DNA of 53,769 bases from an uncultured Gemmatimonadaceae bacterium (GCA_966111935.1 CBHWBX010000001.1:1-53769); one strand, 5' to 3'. Positions 24,179 to 34,011 are shown, numbered from the stretch's first letter. Numbers and translations: made by a program. Notes: generated by a model from the letters alone, not told the origin.

Positions 24179-26104
24179 TCAGGACTTGGGCGTCAGGTTG
24201 TACTTCTTGTATAGGTCCGTCGCGTTTGACATGCCGTCCAGCGTCTTCGCTTGATCTTCATGCAGTTGCCGCGCATACGCATTCGCCGACGGGACATCAC
24301 GGAAGACGCCGAGATGCTTACCCGTGCGGTGGTACAGAGCGATCGCGTCCTTGTCCGAGAGGATTCGTCCGTCATCGCTAACGGTCGGGATCAAGATCTC
24401 CTTCCCGTTCTCGCCGAACGACATGCTGCGCACAGTCGAAATGGAGCCGTCCGGATTCCGCACACGTGGGCGATTCGCCAGGTCGACGTTGCCGGGCGTA
24501 AGCAGTCCGGCCACCTGAGGCGCGCCGGTCTGCGCCGGACGTGGCGCATCATCCTCGATGCCAGGGAAGTTCGCCGGATCCACTCCCCATTGCTTTGCGC
24601 GCCTCTGGTAGTAGCTCGAACGCTCGTCGATGTAGTCCTTCGTGGACGTCAAGCGACGCTGCATCAGGCCCGTCATTGCGTCGATCATCTCCTTCGGGAC
24701 CGCCGCCGACTTCCCAGTCTGGAGATACTTGTCGATCATCTGCTGGGCGCGGGCGCGAAGGGAGGCGCCCGCTTGCACCAAACCGATCTCGCCCTCACGG
24801 ACCGCCGAGTTCGGGTCCATCGCGTTCACGAACGCGTACAGAATGTTGACCTGCGAAGCGCCGTCACCCTTCAACGCTTGCGGCGCTTCACTGATGGCGT
24901 TGCGCAACTTCATCGACAGTTCGCGGTACGACTTCGTGTCCTTGTTGTAGTCGTCCGAGAGCTGCTGCTCGCGCTGGAACATCCGCTGGTCGCGGAGCTG
25001 CGAGGCCGTGTCCGGCGCGTTCGGATCACGCGGCGACGGGTTGATGGGAAAGGATCCTACTTTCTGCATCGTGTCAGGATCGAGCAACTCGACGTGATCG
25101 CCGAGCCGCATCTCGATCGGCGGCTTCTTCGCGACGGGCTTCGGGCCTTCGAGGACGTTGCCCATCGACTTGAGGACTTCGCCCATCTTGCCCGCCATCT
25201 CGGTATCGCCCGCCCGTGAGTAGGCGGTGAACATCGACATCAGACGTTGCGCCTGCTGCTGCGGCGACGCGCTGTCGGGGAGTTCGGGGAACCGGTCGGC
25301 GATGTGCTGACGGTTGGCGAGCATCGCCTGCTGCGCGGCCTTCGCCTTCTTCATCTCGTCGAGCTGTGCGGCGAACTGCTTCATCTCGACGAGCCGGTTC
25401 AGATTCTCGCGGTAGTGCGTTTCCGGCGAGGCCGCATTCGGACCGCCGATGAACGCGGAGAGCAGCGAGGGGCGCGCGCGCTGGATCTCGTCCGCGCTCA
25501 GCAACCCTTCGTACCCCCCCGGCGCGTCCATCCCGGGTGTGTGGTCAACGAGCCAGTCGTGAATGCGGCTCATCATGTTGGGCTGCTTCGGCGCCACGAT
25601 GGTCGGCATCGGTGCCGCCTGCGGAGCCGGGGCGGTAATCCCACCGACATTCACGGGCCCCTGACTCGGCGGAGTAGCCGGTGCCGCTGGTCCGCCCGAT
25701 TGCGCGACACCGCCATCGCTGCCCGGAAGCGGCGCCGGGCTGGCGCTCAACCGCTCGAGGAGCGAGGCGATGGCAGACGGTGAGCCCGGCAGGCTGTTGT
25801 CCTGCGCGAGCAGTCCCATGCCGGGCATCGCCATGTCCGGGAGGGCGGGTATGGATGCGTGACTCATCGGCGCGGCGACGGAATGCACAGCGGGCAACGC
25901 GTGTGCCCCACCGACGCCACTGGGCCCACCCTGCGCTGTGGTCACGACCGGCGCGAGCATATGGGCGCGTGGCGCCGCTTCGCTCGTCACCATCGGCGGC
26001 AGTGTCCTGGCCTGCGCTAACAGCGGCTGACCCTGACGCAGCGCGGGGATGATGTCTTCGAGCGACAGCAGCGCGCGATCGCGATCAAAGAGGGATGTTC
26101 CCAT
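24179..26104 (-). CDS. internal virion/ejection-type protein (about 641 aa)
   Basis: Largest gene of the block. Conserved-looking C-terminal module GNVDLANRPRVRNPDGSISTV..GKEILIPTVSDDGRIL. Start at 26104 (TAA-T-ATG), or 26125 in the track. Confidence 0.45.
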   Translation of the reverse strand: MGTSLFDRDRALLSLEDIIPALRQGQPLLAQARTLPPMVTSEAAPRAHMLAPVVTTAQGGPSGVGGAHALPAVHSVAAPMSHASIPALPDMAMPGMGLLAQDNSLPGSPSAIASLLERLSASPAPLPGSDGGVAQSGGPAAPATPPSQGPVNVGGITAPAPQAAPMPTIVAPKQPNMMSRIHDWLVDHTPGMDAPGGYEGLLSADEIQRARPSLLSAFIGGPNAASPETHYRENLNRLVEMKQFAAQLDEMKKAKAAQQAMLANRQHIADRFPELPDSASPQQQAQRLMSMFTAYSRAGDTEMAGKMGEVLKSMGNVLEGPKPVAKKPPIEMRLGDHVELLDPDTMQKVGSFPINPSPRDPNAPDTASQLRDQRMFQREQQLSDDYNKDTKSYRELSMKLRNAISEAPQALKGDGASQVNILYAFVNAMDPNSAVREGEIGLVQAGASLRARAQQMIDKYLQTGKSAAVPKEMIDAMTGLMQRRLTSTKDYIDERSSYYQRRAKQWGVDPANFPGIEDDAPRPAQTGAPQVAGLLTPGNVDLANRPRVRNPDGSISTVRSMSFGENGKEILIPTVSDDGRILSDKDAIALYHRTGKHLGVFRDVPSANAYARQLHEDQAKTLDGMSNATDLYKKYNLTPKS

Positions 26105-26105
26105 A

Positions 26106-26771
26106 TTACTGGCCGCTCCCGCCACTCAGAAAGGGAATCGAGAAGCCCGCCTGCGTGCCGAGCGTCGAGCCCGACGTGTTCGACTGCGACCCTGTCGGCA
26201 TGAGAAAGCCCCGCTTGAGCATCTGAAGCATCCACTGTTGCGGCGAGCCGATGCCGCCCATCCCGAGGTTCGCGTTGGCCCCAGCGCCGGCGAAGCCCAT
26301 CCCGGCGAGATTGCCCGCGCGGTTCATGGTATTGTCGTACCCGGTGTTCAGCAGGCCCGCGATGTTCGAATTGAGGTCGCGCGCGTTCTGCGCGAGCGCG
26401 ACACCCGTCGCCACGCCCTGCCGTGTCCCGCCGAACGCACCGGCCCTGGTCGCGGCATCGTTCAGCGTGTTGATGGTGTTCTGATCCGTGACCGCGCCTT
26501 CCTTCCGCATCGCGTCGATGACGTTCGTCTGATACGGGTTCATCAGCTTCGAGACCGCCGACGGATCGCCCGCCAGCGCACCCAAGCCGGTGCGGCCGGC
26601 GTCCATCGTCGCGGTGTTGTAGTCGGTCGCGCCACCGACCAACGGCGAGGGCCCAGCCGCTCCGGCGTGCTGGGCCCACTGCATGATCTGTTTGAGGTAG
26701 TCTTGCGTCGTCCCATCGAGACTCTGCGTGCTCGCTTGTGTCGATCGTTGCCCGCCGGCGCTTTTACTCAT
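26106..26771 (-). CDS. internal virion-type protein (221 aa), Gly/Asn-rich
   Basis: Position and composition only. Confidence 0.4.
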   Translation of the reverse strand: MSKSAGGQRSTQASTQSLDGTTQDYLKQIMQWAQHAGAAGPSPLVGGATDYNTATMDAGRTGLGALAGDPSAVSKLMNPYQTNVIDAMRKEGAVTDQNTINTLNDAATRAGAFGGTRQGVATGVALAQNARDLNSNIAGLLNTGYDNTMNRAGNLAGMGFAGAGANANLGMGGIGSPQQWMLQMLKRGFLMPTGSQSNTSGSTLGTQAGFSIPFLSGGSGQ

Positions 26772-27150
26772 CGTTCATCCTCGTCAAATCTTTGGCGTAC
26801 ATCACGAGACTCGGCTCCCAGCCCTGCGCACGGATGAACGTGCGTTGCCACCCCTTGCGGCCAGTGAAGGTCGCGGACGTACACCCCTCGGCGACGGCCC
26901 AGTGCAGGATCGTCGGGAGCATGATCTGGATCTCCCCCAACCTGCCGGCCGTCAGAAACACGTTGAGCACGGTGCGCTGCGGATACCGCACGATCTCGGT
27001 CACCATGCAGGAATGCGGCGCGGGCCAGAACTGCGCCTCGCCATTCGCGACCATCGCGACGACGTCGGCGTAGGTATGCGTGCCGCCGGCGTACTTGAGC
27101 GCGGATTCAATCTCCGAGCGGTACGTCGGCATTGTAGTGGTCTCGGCCAT
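26764..27150 (-). CDS. small protein, possibly GNAT-fold acetyltransferase (128 aa)
   Basis: TGRKGWQRTFIRAQGW resembles the GNAT motif A R/Q-x-x-G-x-G/A. Start taken at the MAETTT Met 27150. Weak call. Confidence 0.3.
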   Translation of the reverse strand: MAETTTMPTYRSEIESALKYAGGTHTYADVVAMVANGEAQFWPAPHSCMVTEIVRYPQRTVLNVFLTAGRLGEIQIMLPTILHWAVAEGCTSATFTGRKGWQRTFIRAQGWEPSLVMYAKDLTRMNDE

Positions 27151-27158
27151 GGGGATTC

Positions 27159-28730
27159 TCAGAGCTCCGATGACTTCGTGCCGCTGATGTCTTCGTGCAG
27201 GTGCCAGACGGCGATCTGACTCGCCGTCGCGCCGGCCTTGGCCGTCGTGAACGCGAGGAACTTCGTCGCCGACAGGGTCGTCGTGTCGCTGACGCTGCCG
27301 CTCAGGAATTGCGCATTGCCGGCGACGCTCGGGGCATACGTGGCCTCGACCGCGAAGTTTGCCCCGCGGCGCCATGTGACACGCACGTGCGCCCCGCCGT
27401 CGACCAGCGGGAAAACCAAGTCGATGAATGGCGACGCCCCGCCATCGGCGAGCTGCACGCGGAGCGTGTTGTCGGTCGCGCCCGCGGTCGAGCAGACGAC
27501 GTAGAACTCGATCACGCGGTCGTTGTAGTCGAACGGCTCCGCAATACGCGTCGTCGCGTCAACCGGAGAACCGTCGGTGAGCAGGAAATTCCCGGCCACC
27601 GAGCTCGCCCGGCCACGATACACGCTGCGTGGGGCGATCACGCGCCCGCCGGTCGACGACGCGTGTGCGAACGGGCTGGCGTTCTCGCCCCACCACGGCA
27701 GGTTCGACCAGATCGAGGCCTGATCGACGACGACGATCCCGCCGTCCATCCGCGCGAATTTGTTGGCGTTCCACGCCCCGCGTCCGTTGCGGAACTGCAC
27801 GGTGCCGGAGACGTTGTGCAACCAATAGTTCTCGCTGACAGACAGCGCCATGAAGCCGTCGACGAGGATGTGGGCGCCGTCATTGTAGATGAAGCAATCC
27901 GAGATCAGCTCGAACGAGATGTTTTTGAGCGAGATGATCCCATCGGTCAGGACGTTCACGGCGGTGAGAAACCGCGCGCTGTTGTCCGTGATGATGTTGG
28001 TCAGGTAGAGATGGTACCCGTCCGCCGTCGATCCATTCATGTACAACGCCTGCCCGCTGCATTCCGAGAGCACGCTGTCGCTGATGCACATGTGCGCGCC
28101 CGCGTCCGAGCCGACCGTCGCGAAGTCGTAGTAGACGTGCGTCGTGTTCAGCCGGAAATTGCAGCCGATGATCTTCGTGTTGTACGTGTGATAGCCGTAG
28201 TAGATCGCCCGATCGGAGTTGAGCAGATCGCAGAACGCGATCGCGCAGCCGCGGCCCTGGTCATCCTGCGTGGCGCCGTAGTCGACGCTCACGGCATCGA
28301 AGACGAGCCCCGAGATCAGGTGATAGTCGGCCGCACTCGTCGTCGTCCCAGTCACCCGGAACCGACGTTGCGTGCCATCCGTGCTCTTGATGGTCGACTT
28401 GTCGCCGCCGAGCCCCACCGGCAGCACAGTCCTCGGACAGTCGACGTCGGCGCCGACGAGGAACACCCCATCCGGAAAGAGGAGCTGTCCGCCGCCGGCC
28501 GCGTCGACTTCCGTGATGGCGGCGGCAATGGCTGCCGTGTCCTCGTATCCCTTGCCGACCGACGAACCGAAGTCGGTGATGTCGTACATCGGCAGGTTTA
28601 CATCCTTGCGCGTCGTCGCTTTCTGGATCGCCTCGAAGGCAGCGCGACGGAACGCCTGCTCGTCGACCTGGCTGTACTGCGGCTGCGGCGGCGCAAACGG
28701 CTGCGCGCTGTGGATTTCCCGCGTCGTCAT
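27159..28730 (-). CDS. second tailspike with pectate-lyase-like beta-helix (523 aa)
   Basis: DITDFGSSVGKGYEDTAAIAAAITEVDAAGGGQLLFPDGVFLV head and a repetitive beta-helix body. ATG 28730 overlaps the upstream stop (ATGA). Confidence 0.7.
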   Translation of the reverse strand: MTTREIHSAQPFAPPQPQYSQVDEQAFRRAAFEAIQKATTRKDVNLPMYDITDFGSSVGKGYEDTAAIAAAITEVDAAGGGQLLFPDGVFLVGADVDCPRTVLPVGLGGDKSTIKSTDGTQRRFRVTGTTTSAADYHLISGLVFDAVSVDYGATQDDQGRGCAIAFCDLLNSDRAIYYGYHTYNTKIIGCNFRLNTTHVYYDFATVGSDAGAHMCISDSVLSECSGQALYMNGSTADGYHLYLTNIITDNSARFLTAVNVLTDGIISLKNISFELISDCFIYNDGAHILVDGFMALSVSENYWLHNVSGTVQFRNGRGAWNANKFARMDGGIVVVDQASIWSNLPWWGENASPFAHASSTGGRVIAPRSVYRGRASSVAGNFLLTDGSPVDATTRIAEPFDYNDRVIEFYVVCSTAGATDNTLRVQLADGGASPFIDLVFPLVDGGAHVRVTWRRGANFAVEATYAPSVAGNAQFLSGSVSDTTTLSATKFLAFTTAKAGATASQIAVWHLHEDISGTKSSEL

Positions 28731-29656
28731 CGACGGCCCGCCAATACGATGCCGAGCCGGATCACCCCGACGCGCCAACTCGTCGCATTGACCTCATCGA
28801 GCCGCAACCGGATTTGCCTAGCCGTGAGCCGGATCGGCGTCGGATTGCTCAGCGTGTACGGCCCATTCAGCGTCTCTGACTGGTCCGGGTAGAACGAGGT
28901 ATAGAGGTAGGCCCGCACATCGCCGAGCGTTTCGTCGTCGGGCACGATGCGCTGCACCCGCATGACCCGGTCGCCGTTCCCCATTTCGATGGGGCCGCTC
29001 TGGAGCGAGGGTGTCGCGCCACCGTGCGCGGCGCCCGTCTCGTGATCGTAGATGTTGCCCGACGAGTCGATGAGGACCGGTCCTACCAACGTGGCGCCTG
29101 GGATGCGCGACACGCCGCAGGCGCGATCCAGCTCGCCGAAGACCCAGTGGTCCTCGACGTAGTTGTAGGTGACGTACCGATCGGTGTGCGTCGTCGCACT
29201 CGCGCTCGGGTAGTACCAAGTGATCTCGTTGAATTGCGGGTTCGCGACCGCCCAGACGAGATGCGACAGCGACTGCTTGAAACTGCCGAAGACGTAGTCG
29301 TTGACCTCGCACGGCAATGTCCGCACGAACCCGTCGTAGTGGTGGAACTTGCCGAAGCCCATCCAGTACGCGCCGGTATCGAGCAACACGAAGGCGCGCT
29401 GCGAGATGATCCCGCAGTTCGTGCCTTCCTTGCGGAAGCCGTAATAGAATGGCTGGCCGATGTAGGTCGCCGACCACAGGTCCGTCGTCGTGAACAACAG
29501 CGTCGCGGTCTTGGTGCGAACGCCGCACATGATCGAACCATCGGTCGCGATGTCGAAGGCGCCCGCCGAGTTGGTGGCGTTCGGCATCCAGTCGGTGACA
29601 GTTTCCTGCGAGGCCCAGTAGACCCGCCGCACCGACACGTTAGGAGTTCCGGACAT
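28727..29656 (-). CDS. tail (nozzle/tubular B-like) protein, C-terminal segment (309 aa)
   Basis: Aromatic-rich beta protein after the adaptor. TAATG junction with the preceding ORF. Confidence 0.5.
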   Translation of the reverse strand: MSGTPNVSVRRVYWASQETVTDWMPNATNSAGAFDIATDGSIMCGVRTKTATLLFTTTDLWSATYIGQPFYYGFRKEGTNCGIISQRAFVLLDTGAYWMGFGKFHHYDGFVRTLPCEVNDYVFGSFKQSLSHLVWAVANPQFNEITWYYPSASATTHTDRYVTYNYVEDHWVFGELDRACGVSRIPGATLVGPVLIDSSGNIYDHETGAAHGGATPSLQSGPIEMGNGDRVMRVQRIVPDDETLGDVRAYLYTSFYPDQSETLNGPYTLSNPTPIRLTARQIRLRLDEVNATSWRVGVIRLGIVLAGRR

Positions 29657-30273
29657 TAGTCGACCATGTCTCCGATCTCCGAGCCTGAGCGATCAGCGCG
29701 GAATTGCCGCGGGGCGCCGCCGCCGAGCGTAAGCGGGTCCGAGCCGCGCAGCATGAAGGCGAACCGCTCGGACGTCGTGACGACGCCGAAGCTTTGGAAC
29801 GGCGCGTCAAGAACAGTGGTGTCGATCGCCACCGCGAAGGTCGACGGATCGCCTTCCCAATAGAACATGTTGTTCACACCAACGGGGTTCGTCCCGGTGC
29901 CGTTGTACGTGGCGAGCAGGTACGAGCCGAACGTGTCGAGCTGCCAATAGGCCGACTGCCCACCGTTATTGAACGCGGTCGGTGTAATGTCGTACAGCAC
30001 GTTCGTGCTGTTCTTGAGCACATAGAGTCCACCGGTGGAACCGATGGCCAGCCAACTCACGCCGGCATTGTCCTGCCACGCGACCGCGGCATTAGGCGTC
30101 CCGGAGATCGTCGCCCCGGTGATCGTGCGTTGGGTCCACCCGCCGACGGGCTGCACCGTGCCCTGTGAGAACCGGACGAGGTTCCCCGAGAACCACCGGC
30201 CCTTCGACTGATACGTCGTGCCGTTGTTCAGAAACCCCGGCGGGAGCTTGAGTGGGACGAGATCTTCGCGCAT
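29656..30273 (-). CDS. tail (nozzle/tubular B-like) protein, N-terminal segment (205 aa)
   Basis: Follows the adaptor-like gene (TGATG coupling at 30271-30275). Confidence 0.5.
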   Translation of the reverse strand: MREDLVPLKLPPGFLNNGTTYQSKGRWFSGNLVRFSQGTVQPVGGWTQRTITGATISGTPNAAVAWQDNAGVSWLAIGSTGGLYVLKNSTNVLYDITPTAFNNGGQSAYWQLDTFGSYLLATYNGTGTNPVGVNNMFYWEGDPSTFAVAIDTTVLDAPFQSFGVVTTSERFAFMLRGSDPLTLGGGAPRQFRADRSGSEIGDMVD

Positions 30274-30911
30274 CAGCCGAACACCATGGGAAGACGGGCC
30301 GGGTGGAGGCTCGCGGCAAACTCTTCGCGCTCGCGCACGTCGTTTAGGCTCCGGATCGCCGCGGCGAACTTGGATTCCCAGAGCGGCACGCGTTCGTCAT
30401 CCTCGAGATACGGCGCCGCCTCAAGCAACGTCCCGTACAGGTACGCATCCGGCGCTTCCTGCAACACCGCGTTCGTCGTGTTCGCATTCGAGAGCGGCGT
30501 CAGGGCGGTGAAGTAGACGATTTCCGCCGTGTAGGTCTGGTCCGGCGCCGGCGCGAAGAGTAACTGCCCCGCGACATACGCCACATCCGTCGGGCGCCCC
30601 GTGACGCCAGCGCTGCGGGCGCGCCGTTCGGCGACCATCTCCGCCGTTCCGACGCGGATCGGCACATCGTTCGAGGGCGAACCGGAGACGAGATAGATCG
30701 AGCGCAGCTCGGCCATGTCCGTCGGCGGCGTCACGGCTTCGTCGTCGATCGTGATCGTCGTTCGCGTCGAGGACCGCCGGAGCTCGCGTTTGATCCGCGA
30801 TTCACACAGCGTGATCATATCGGGGATCTGCAACGCCAGGTCCGAATCGTTCTCGCGGTTGAGCCACTTGAGCACTGCGGTCTGCAACGCGGAGTAGGTA
30901 TTGAGCGCCAT
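30273..30911 (-). CDS. head-tail adaptor / tail tubular A-like protein (212 aa)
   Basis: N-terminus MALNTYSALQTAVLKWLNRENDSDL..IPDMITLCESRIKRELR is typical of podovirus adaptor proteins as I recall them. Position fits. Confidence 0.5.
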   Translation of the reverse strand: MALNTYSALQTAVLKWLNRENDSDLALQIPDMITLCESRIKRELRRSSTRTTITIDDEAVTPPTDMAELRSIYLVSGSPSNDVPIRVGTAEMVAERRARSAGVTGRPTDVAYVAGQLLFAPAPDQTYTAEIVYFTALTPLSNANTTNAVLQEAPDAYLYGTLLEAAPYLEDDERVPLWESKFAAAIRSLNDVREREEFAASLHPARLPMVFG

Positions 30912-30914
30912 CCG

Positions 30915-31559
30915 TCAGGCCCCGCCGTGGGAGAGCATACTGTCGCGCGTCATGCAGGCATGCTCGGGCGCGAACGGCACTTCGCCGAGGTGCCGAACCT
31001 CTTTCGAGAGGTCCTGATCGACGAACGTGACGAAGCCCGCCTGCCGCGCCTGCCGGCAGAAGAACACATCTTCGCCGACCCAGCCGTCATCGCTGCGGCT
31101 GTACCCCAAGGCGAAGTACGGCTTGCTGAGCGTCGCGAAAACCTCCATGCGGGTGAGCAGGAAGCCCATCCCGATGTGGGAGACTTCAACGAGGCCCGTC
31201 GCATCGGGCGTCGTGAAGAGATGGCCGTGCTCGGCGTGCTGCGCCGTCGGGAGGATCGGCGGTCGGCGCGTCGAGTAGTTCGCGCCAACGATCGCCGTGT
31301 CGTGCGCCAAGAGTCGCAGCAACCCGTCCTTCGGGAAGCGCATGTCGGCGTCGATCCAGAGTAGATGCGAGGCGTCCGCGGCCTTCGCGTTCTCGACGAG
31401 CGTGCTGCGCTGCTGCGGCAACAGCGTGCCTTTGAGCTGCATCAGCACGAGCTCGTGCCCGCCGGCGAGCGTCGTATGACCGACGAGCTTCGCCAAATCG
31501 AGGGCATAGCCCGCCGCGACCTGATCCTGGCAGGGCGTCGCGATGACGATGCGCGCCAT
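30915..31559 (-). CDS. probable GT-A fold glycosyltransferase (GT2-like)
   Basis: MARIVIATP start and the DxD-type motif LLWIDADMRF. About 214 aa. Embedded between the capsid and adaptor genes. Confidence 0.5.
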   Translation of the reverse strand: MARIVIATPCQDQVAAGYALDLAKLVGHTTLAGGHELVLMQLKGTLLPQQRSTLVENAKAADASHLLWIDADMRFPKDGLLRLLAHDTAIVGANYSTRRPPILPTAQHAEHGHLFTTPDATGLVEVSHIGMGFLLTRMEVFATLSKPYFALGYSRSDDGWVGEDVFFCRQARQAGFVTFVDQDLSKEVRHLGEVPFAPEHACMTRDSMLSHGGA

Positions 31560-31897
31560 CAGACGACCCCCGGCCGCGTGCGGAACAGTCGGTTATCGCG
31601 GTCGTTCAGCCAGCGGCGGAAGCGCACGGGATCGAGCAGCTTGCCGCCGGTGGTCATGATGCCGTCTTTCGCGAGTTGTTCCATGATCACCGCGGGGATC
31701 GACGCGATGTGCGACCACTCACCGAAGCGGAGCGGGGCGTCGTTGAAGAGCGCTTTGTTGACTTCGAGGATGGGCGACACGTCCTGCCGGCGCTCGATCG
31801 AGAAACCGCCGGTGTCCGTGTCGTAGTGGAACAGCTCGACGATCCCCGTGAGCGGGTCGGCATCGAGCAACCGGGCATCAGTGATGGACTGGCTCAC
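31559..31897 (-). CDS. hypothetical head-module protein (112 aa)
   Basis: Directly downstream of the major capsid gene. 1-nt stop/start overlap with the GT gene. Confidence 0.5.
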   Translation of the reverse strand: MSQSITDARLLDADPLTGIVELFHYDTDTGGFSIERRQDVSPILEVNKALFNDAPLRFGEWSHIASIPAVIMEQLAKDGIMTTGGKLLDPVRFRRWLNDRDNRLFRTRPGVV

Positions 31898-31915
31898 GGG
31901 AATCGTCGCGCCGGC

Positions 31916-32881
31916 TTACGTGTTCGGCGTGAGATCGACGGCCACGCCTTCGGCCTTCTCGTTCTTCACGCGGAGGCCCCACTCGGCGATCAGCATGCGC
32001 TTCTCGGCGTCGCCGGTCTTGGCGAGCGGCACCTGCTTGAACGGCCGCAGGTAGTCGACCGAGATGTAGTCCCAGTCGAGCACGAACATCGTGCTGGTCC
32101 GCTGGAAGCGGTTCGGCACCACCGTGAGCGTGCCGAAGTCCGAGACGTAGGCGTCCGCGGCGCCGATGATCTGCGCCGGGCCGGTCTTCGTCTGCTGCTT
32201 CGTGAGCTCGACGACGCCGTTGAACGTCGAGATCTGCTGCTTGCCGAGCGCGCCGACCATGATCGTCGTCGGCTGGGCGCCGTTCGTCCAGCACTGCTGG
32301 ATGACGTCCTTGAGGATCGTCTCCGTCAGCGTGCGGGCGGTGCCGTCCGTCCAGACGTCCGTCGGGATGTTGGTGTAGACCGGCGCCGTGCCGTCGTTCG
32401 CCTTGCTGATGTTCGTCTTGAGGAAGGCGAGCAGCTTGCCCGTGACACGCGCCGCTGACGTCGAGCCCGCGACCGCGCCCTTGTTCGAGCAGATCGCCGC
32501 CTCCATGTCGCGCTTCATCTCCTTGCCCTTCTTCGCGAGCTGGTAGGCGATTTCCGAGTTGCGGCCCGCCTTGTCGACGACCTCCTCGGTGTCGGAGATG
32601 ATCAGCGTCTTGCGGGTGATCTCGGTGTAGTTGCCGAGGCGAACCGTCGGCGTCACCGCGTCGAAGGCCGTGACGTCGTCACCTTCGATCTGCTGGTTCG
32701 TGGTCGACGCCGTGGCGAGGGCGTCGGTCTGCCACTCGAAGAACGTCTGGTCGGCCTTGCCACGGCCGGCGTTGTTGAGGACCGGGGTGTCGGTCGGGGA
32801 GATGTTGTAGATGATGTCCGAGAGGTCTTCCCGGACGGCCACCGCATCGAAGCGGGTAAACGTATTCGCAATCGCAGACAT
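31916..32881 (-). CDS. major capsid protein (HK97 fold, SU10/DUF5309-like)
   Basis: REDLSDIIYNISPTDTPVL..FEWQTD N-terminal signature. 321 aa. Follows the scaffold gene. Confidence 0.8.
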   Translation of the reverse strand: MSAIANTFTRFDAVAVREDLSDIIYNISPTDTPVLNNAGRGKADQTFFEWQTDALATASTTNQQIEGDDVTAFDAVTPTVRLGNYTEITRKTLIISDTEEVVDKAGRNSEIAYQLAKKGKEMKRDMEAAICSNKGAVAGSTSAARVTGKLLAFLKTNISKANDGTAPVYTNIPTDVWTDGTARTLTETILKDVIQQCWTNGAQPTTIMVGALGKQQISTFNGVVELTKQQTKTGPAQIIGAADAYVSDFGTLTVVPNRFQRTSTMFVLDWDYISVDYLRPFKQVPLAKTGDAEKRMLIAEWGLRVKNEKAEGVAVDLTPNT

Positions 32882-32946
32882 AATCGGTTCCTCGCCGCCC
32901 GCGTGGGGCGTCGATGACAGGGTTCAGATTGTTGGGTGAGTCGTGC

Positions 32947-34005
32947 TTAGAGGCGGGTCAGGATCGCCGCGGCGGCATCTTCGACGCGCCCGGTCTTCTG
33001 GAGACGCGCCATCGCCTGTTCGCCCTTCGAGGCCTTGGGCTGATTCGCCTTGGAGCCGCCGGGGGCGGTCGTGGCGATGGCCTTCTCGATCTTCGTCTTG
33101 ATCGCCGGCGCCTTGCTCTGCGCGTCGCGATAGCGCATCGCGTCGCGGAGCAGGAGGACTAGCCGATGATCGGCGACGCCGGTCAATTCCTCGTCGGAGA
33201 ACCCCCGTTCCTTGGCGAACGCGCTCAGCGCCTTGCCAAGCTCCGGGGCCTTCGTGGGATCGCCGAAGTCCGGGTCTGCCTCGATGAGCTTCGCGCGCTG
33301 CGCGTCGACGTGCGCGCTGTAGCCCTTCTTCGCGTCCTCGGCCTGCTGCGCTTCGACGCGGGCGCGCTCTTCCCGAATGGCCGTGACGCGCTTCTGCGTG
33401 TCGTCCCATTCGTCGCGCTTCGCCACGTACTCGTCGGGGCTCACCTGAGCCCGAAGGATGGCCCAATCGGGTTCCTTCGGATGAAACAGCGTGATCGCCT
33501 CTTCGAGTTTCGTCAGCGTCTGCCGGTACTGCTCGCGTTCCTGCCGCACCGCGGCGACTTCGGTCTCTTCGAAGCTCTTCCGAGCCTGCGCGAGCGCCAT
33601 CGTCTTCCGCGTGTAGTCCTGCGTCCGCGAGTAGCCCCGCACCAACTCGTCTTCGGGCACCTGCTCGTCCTTGCCGTCGATCTTGACGGTGAACAGGCGC
33701 GGTGCCGACGTGTCGGACGGCTCGTCGGTGCCTTCGGTAGTGCTGTCGGCCGGCTCGCTCTCGCGCGAGGGATCCTGCTCCTCGGCGGTCGCGGCCGGCG
33801 CCTGCTCGGCGGCGGGAGACTCCTGCGTGTCGCTCGTCTCGCTGGTGCTGCTCGTCTCCGGCCGCTGCTCCGGCTGGCGGGTCGACGGCTCCGCTGTATC
33901 GCGCGTGTTGTCGCGCGAGAGGAGGCCGAGGATCGCCTGCGATGCGCCCGAAACGCTTCCGTCGTGTGACGAAGTGGCGGATTCGGGCGCGATCGATGTG
34001 CTCAT
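32947..34005 (-). CDS. scaffolding protein
   Basis: Acidic, low-complexity N-terminus and a long coiled coil. Lies between the portal and capsid genes. Confidence 0.65.
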   Translation of the reverse strand: MSTSIAPESATSSHDGSVSGASQAILGLLSRDNTRDTAEPSTRQPEQRPETSSTSETSDTQESPAAEQAPAATAEEQDPSRESEPADSTTEGTDEPSDTSAPRLFTVKIDGKDEQVPEDELVRGYSRTQDYTRKTMALAQARKSFEETEVAAVRQEREQYRQTLTKLEEAITLFHPKEPDWAILRAQVSPDEYVAKRDEWDDTQKRVTAIREERARVEAQQAEDAKKGYSAHVDAQRAKLIEADPDFGDPTKAPELGKALSAFAKERGFSDEELTGVADHRLVLLLRDAMRYRDAQSKAPAIKTKIEKAIATTAPGGSKANQPKASKGEQAMARLQKTGRVEDAAAAILTRL

Positions 34006-34011
34006 AGGGCA

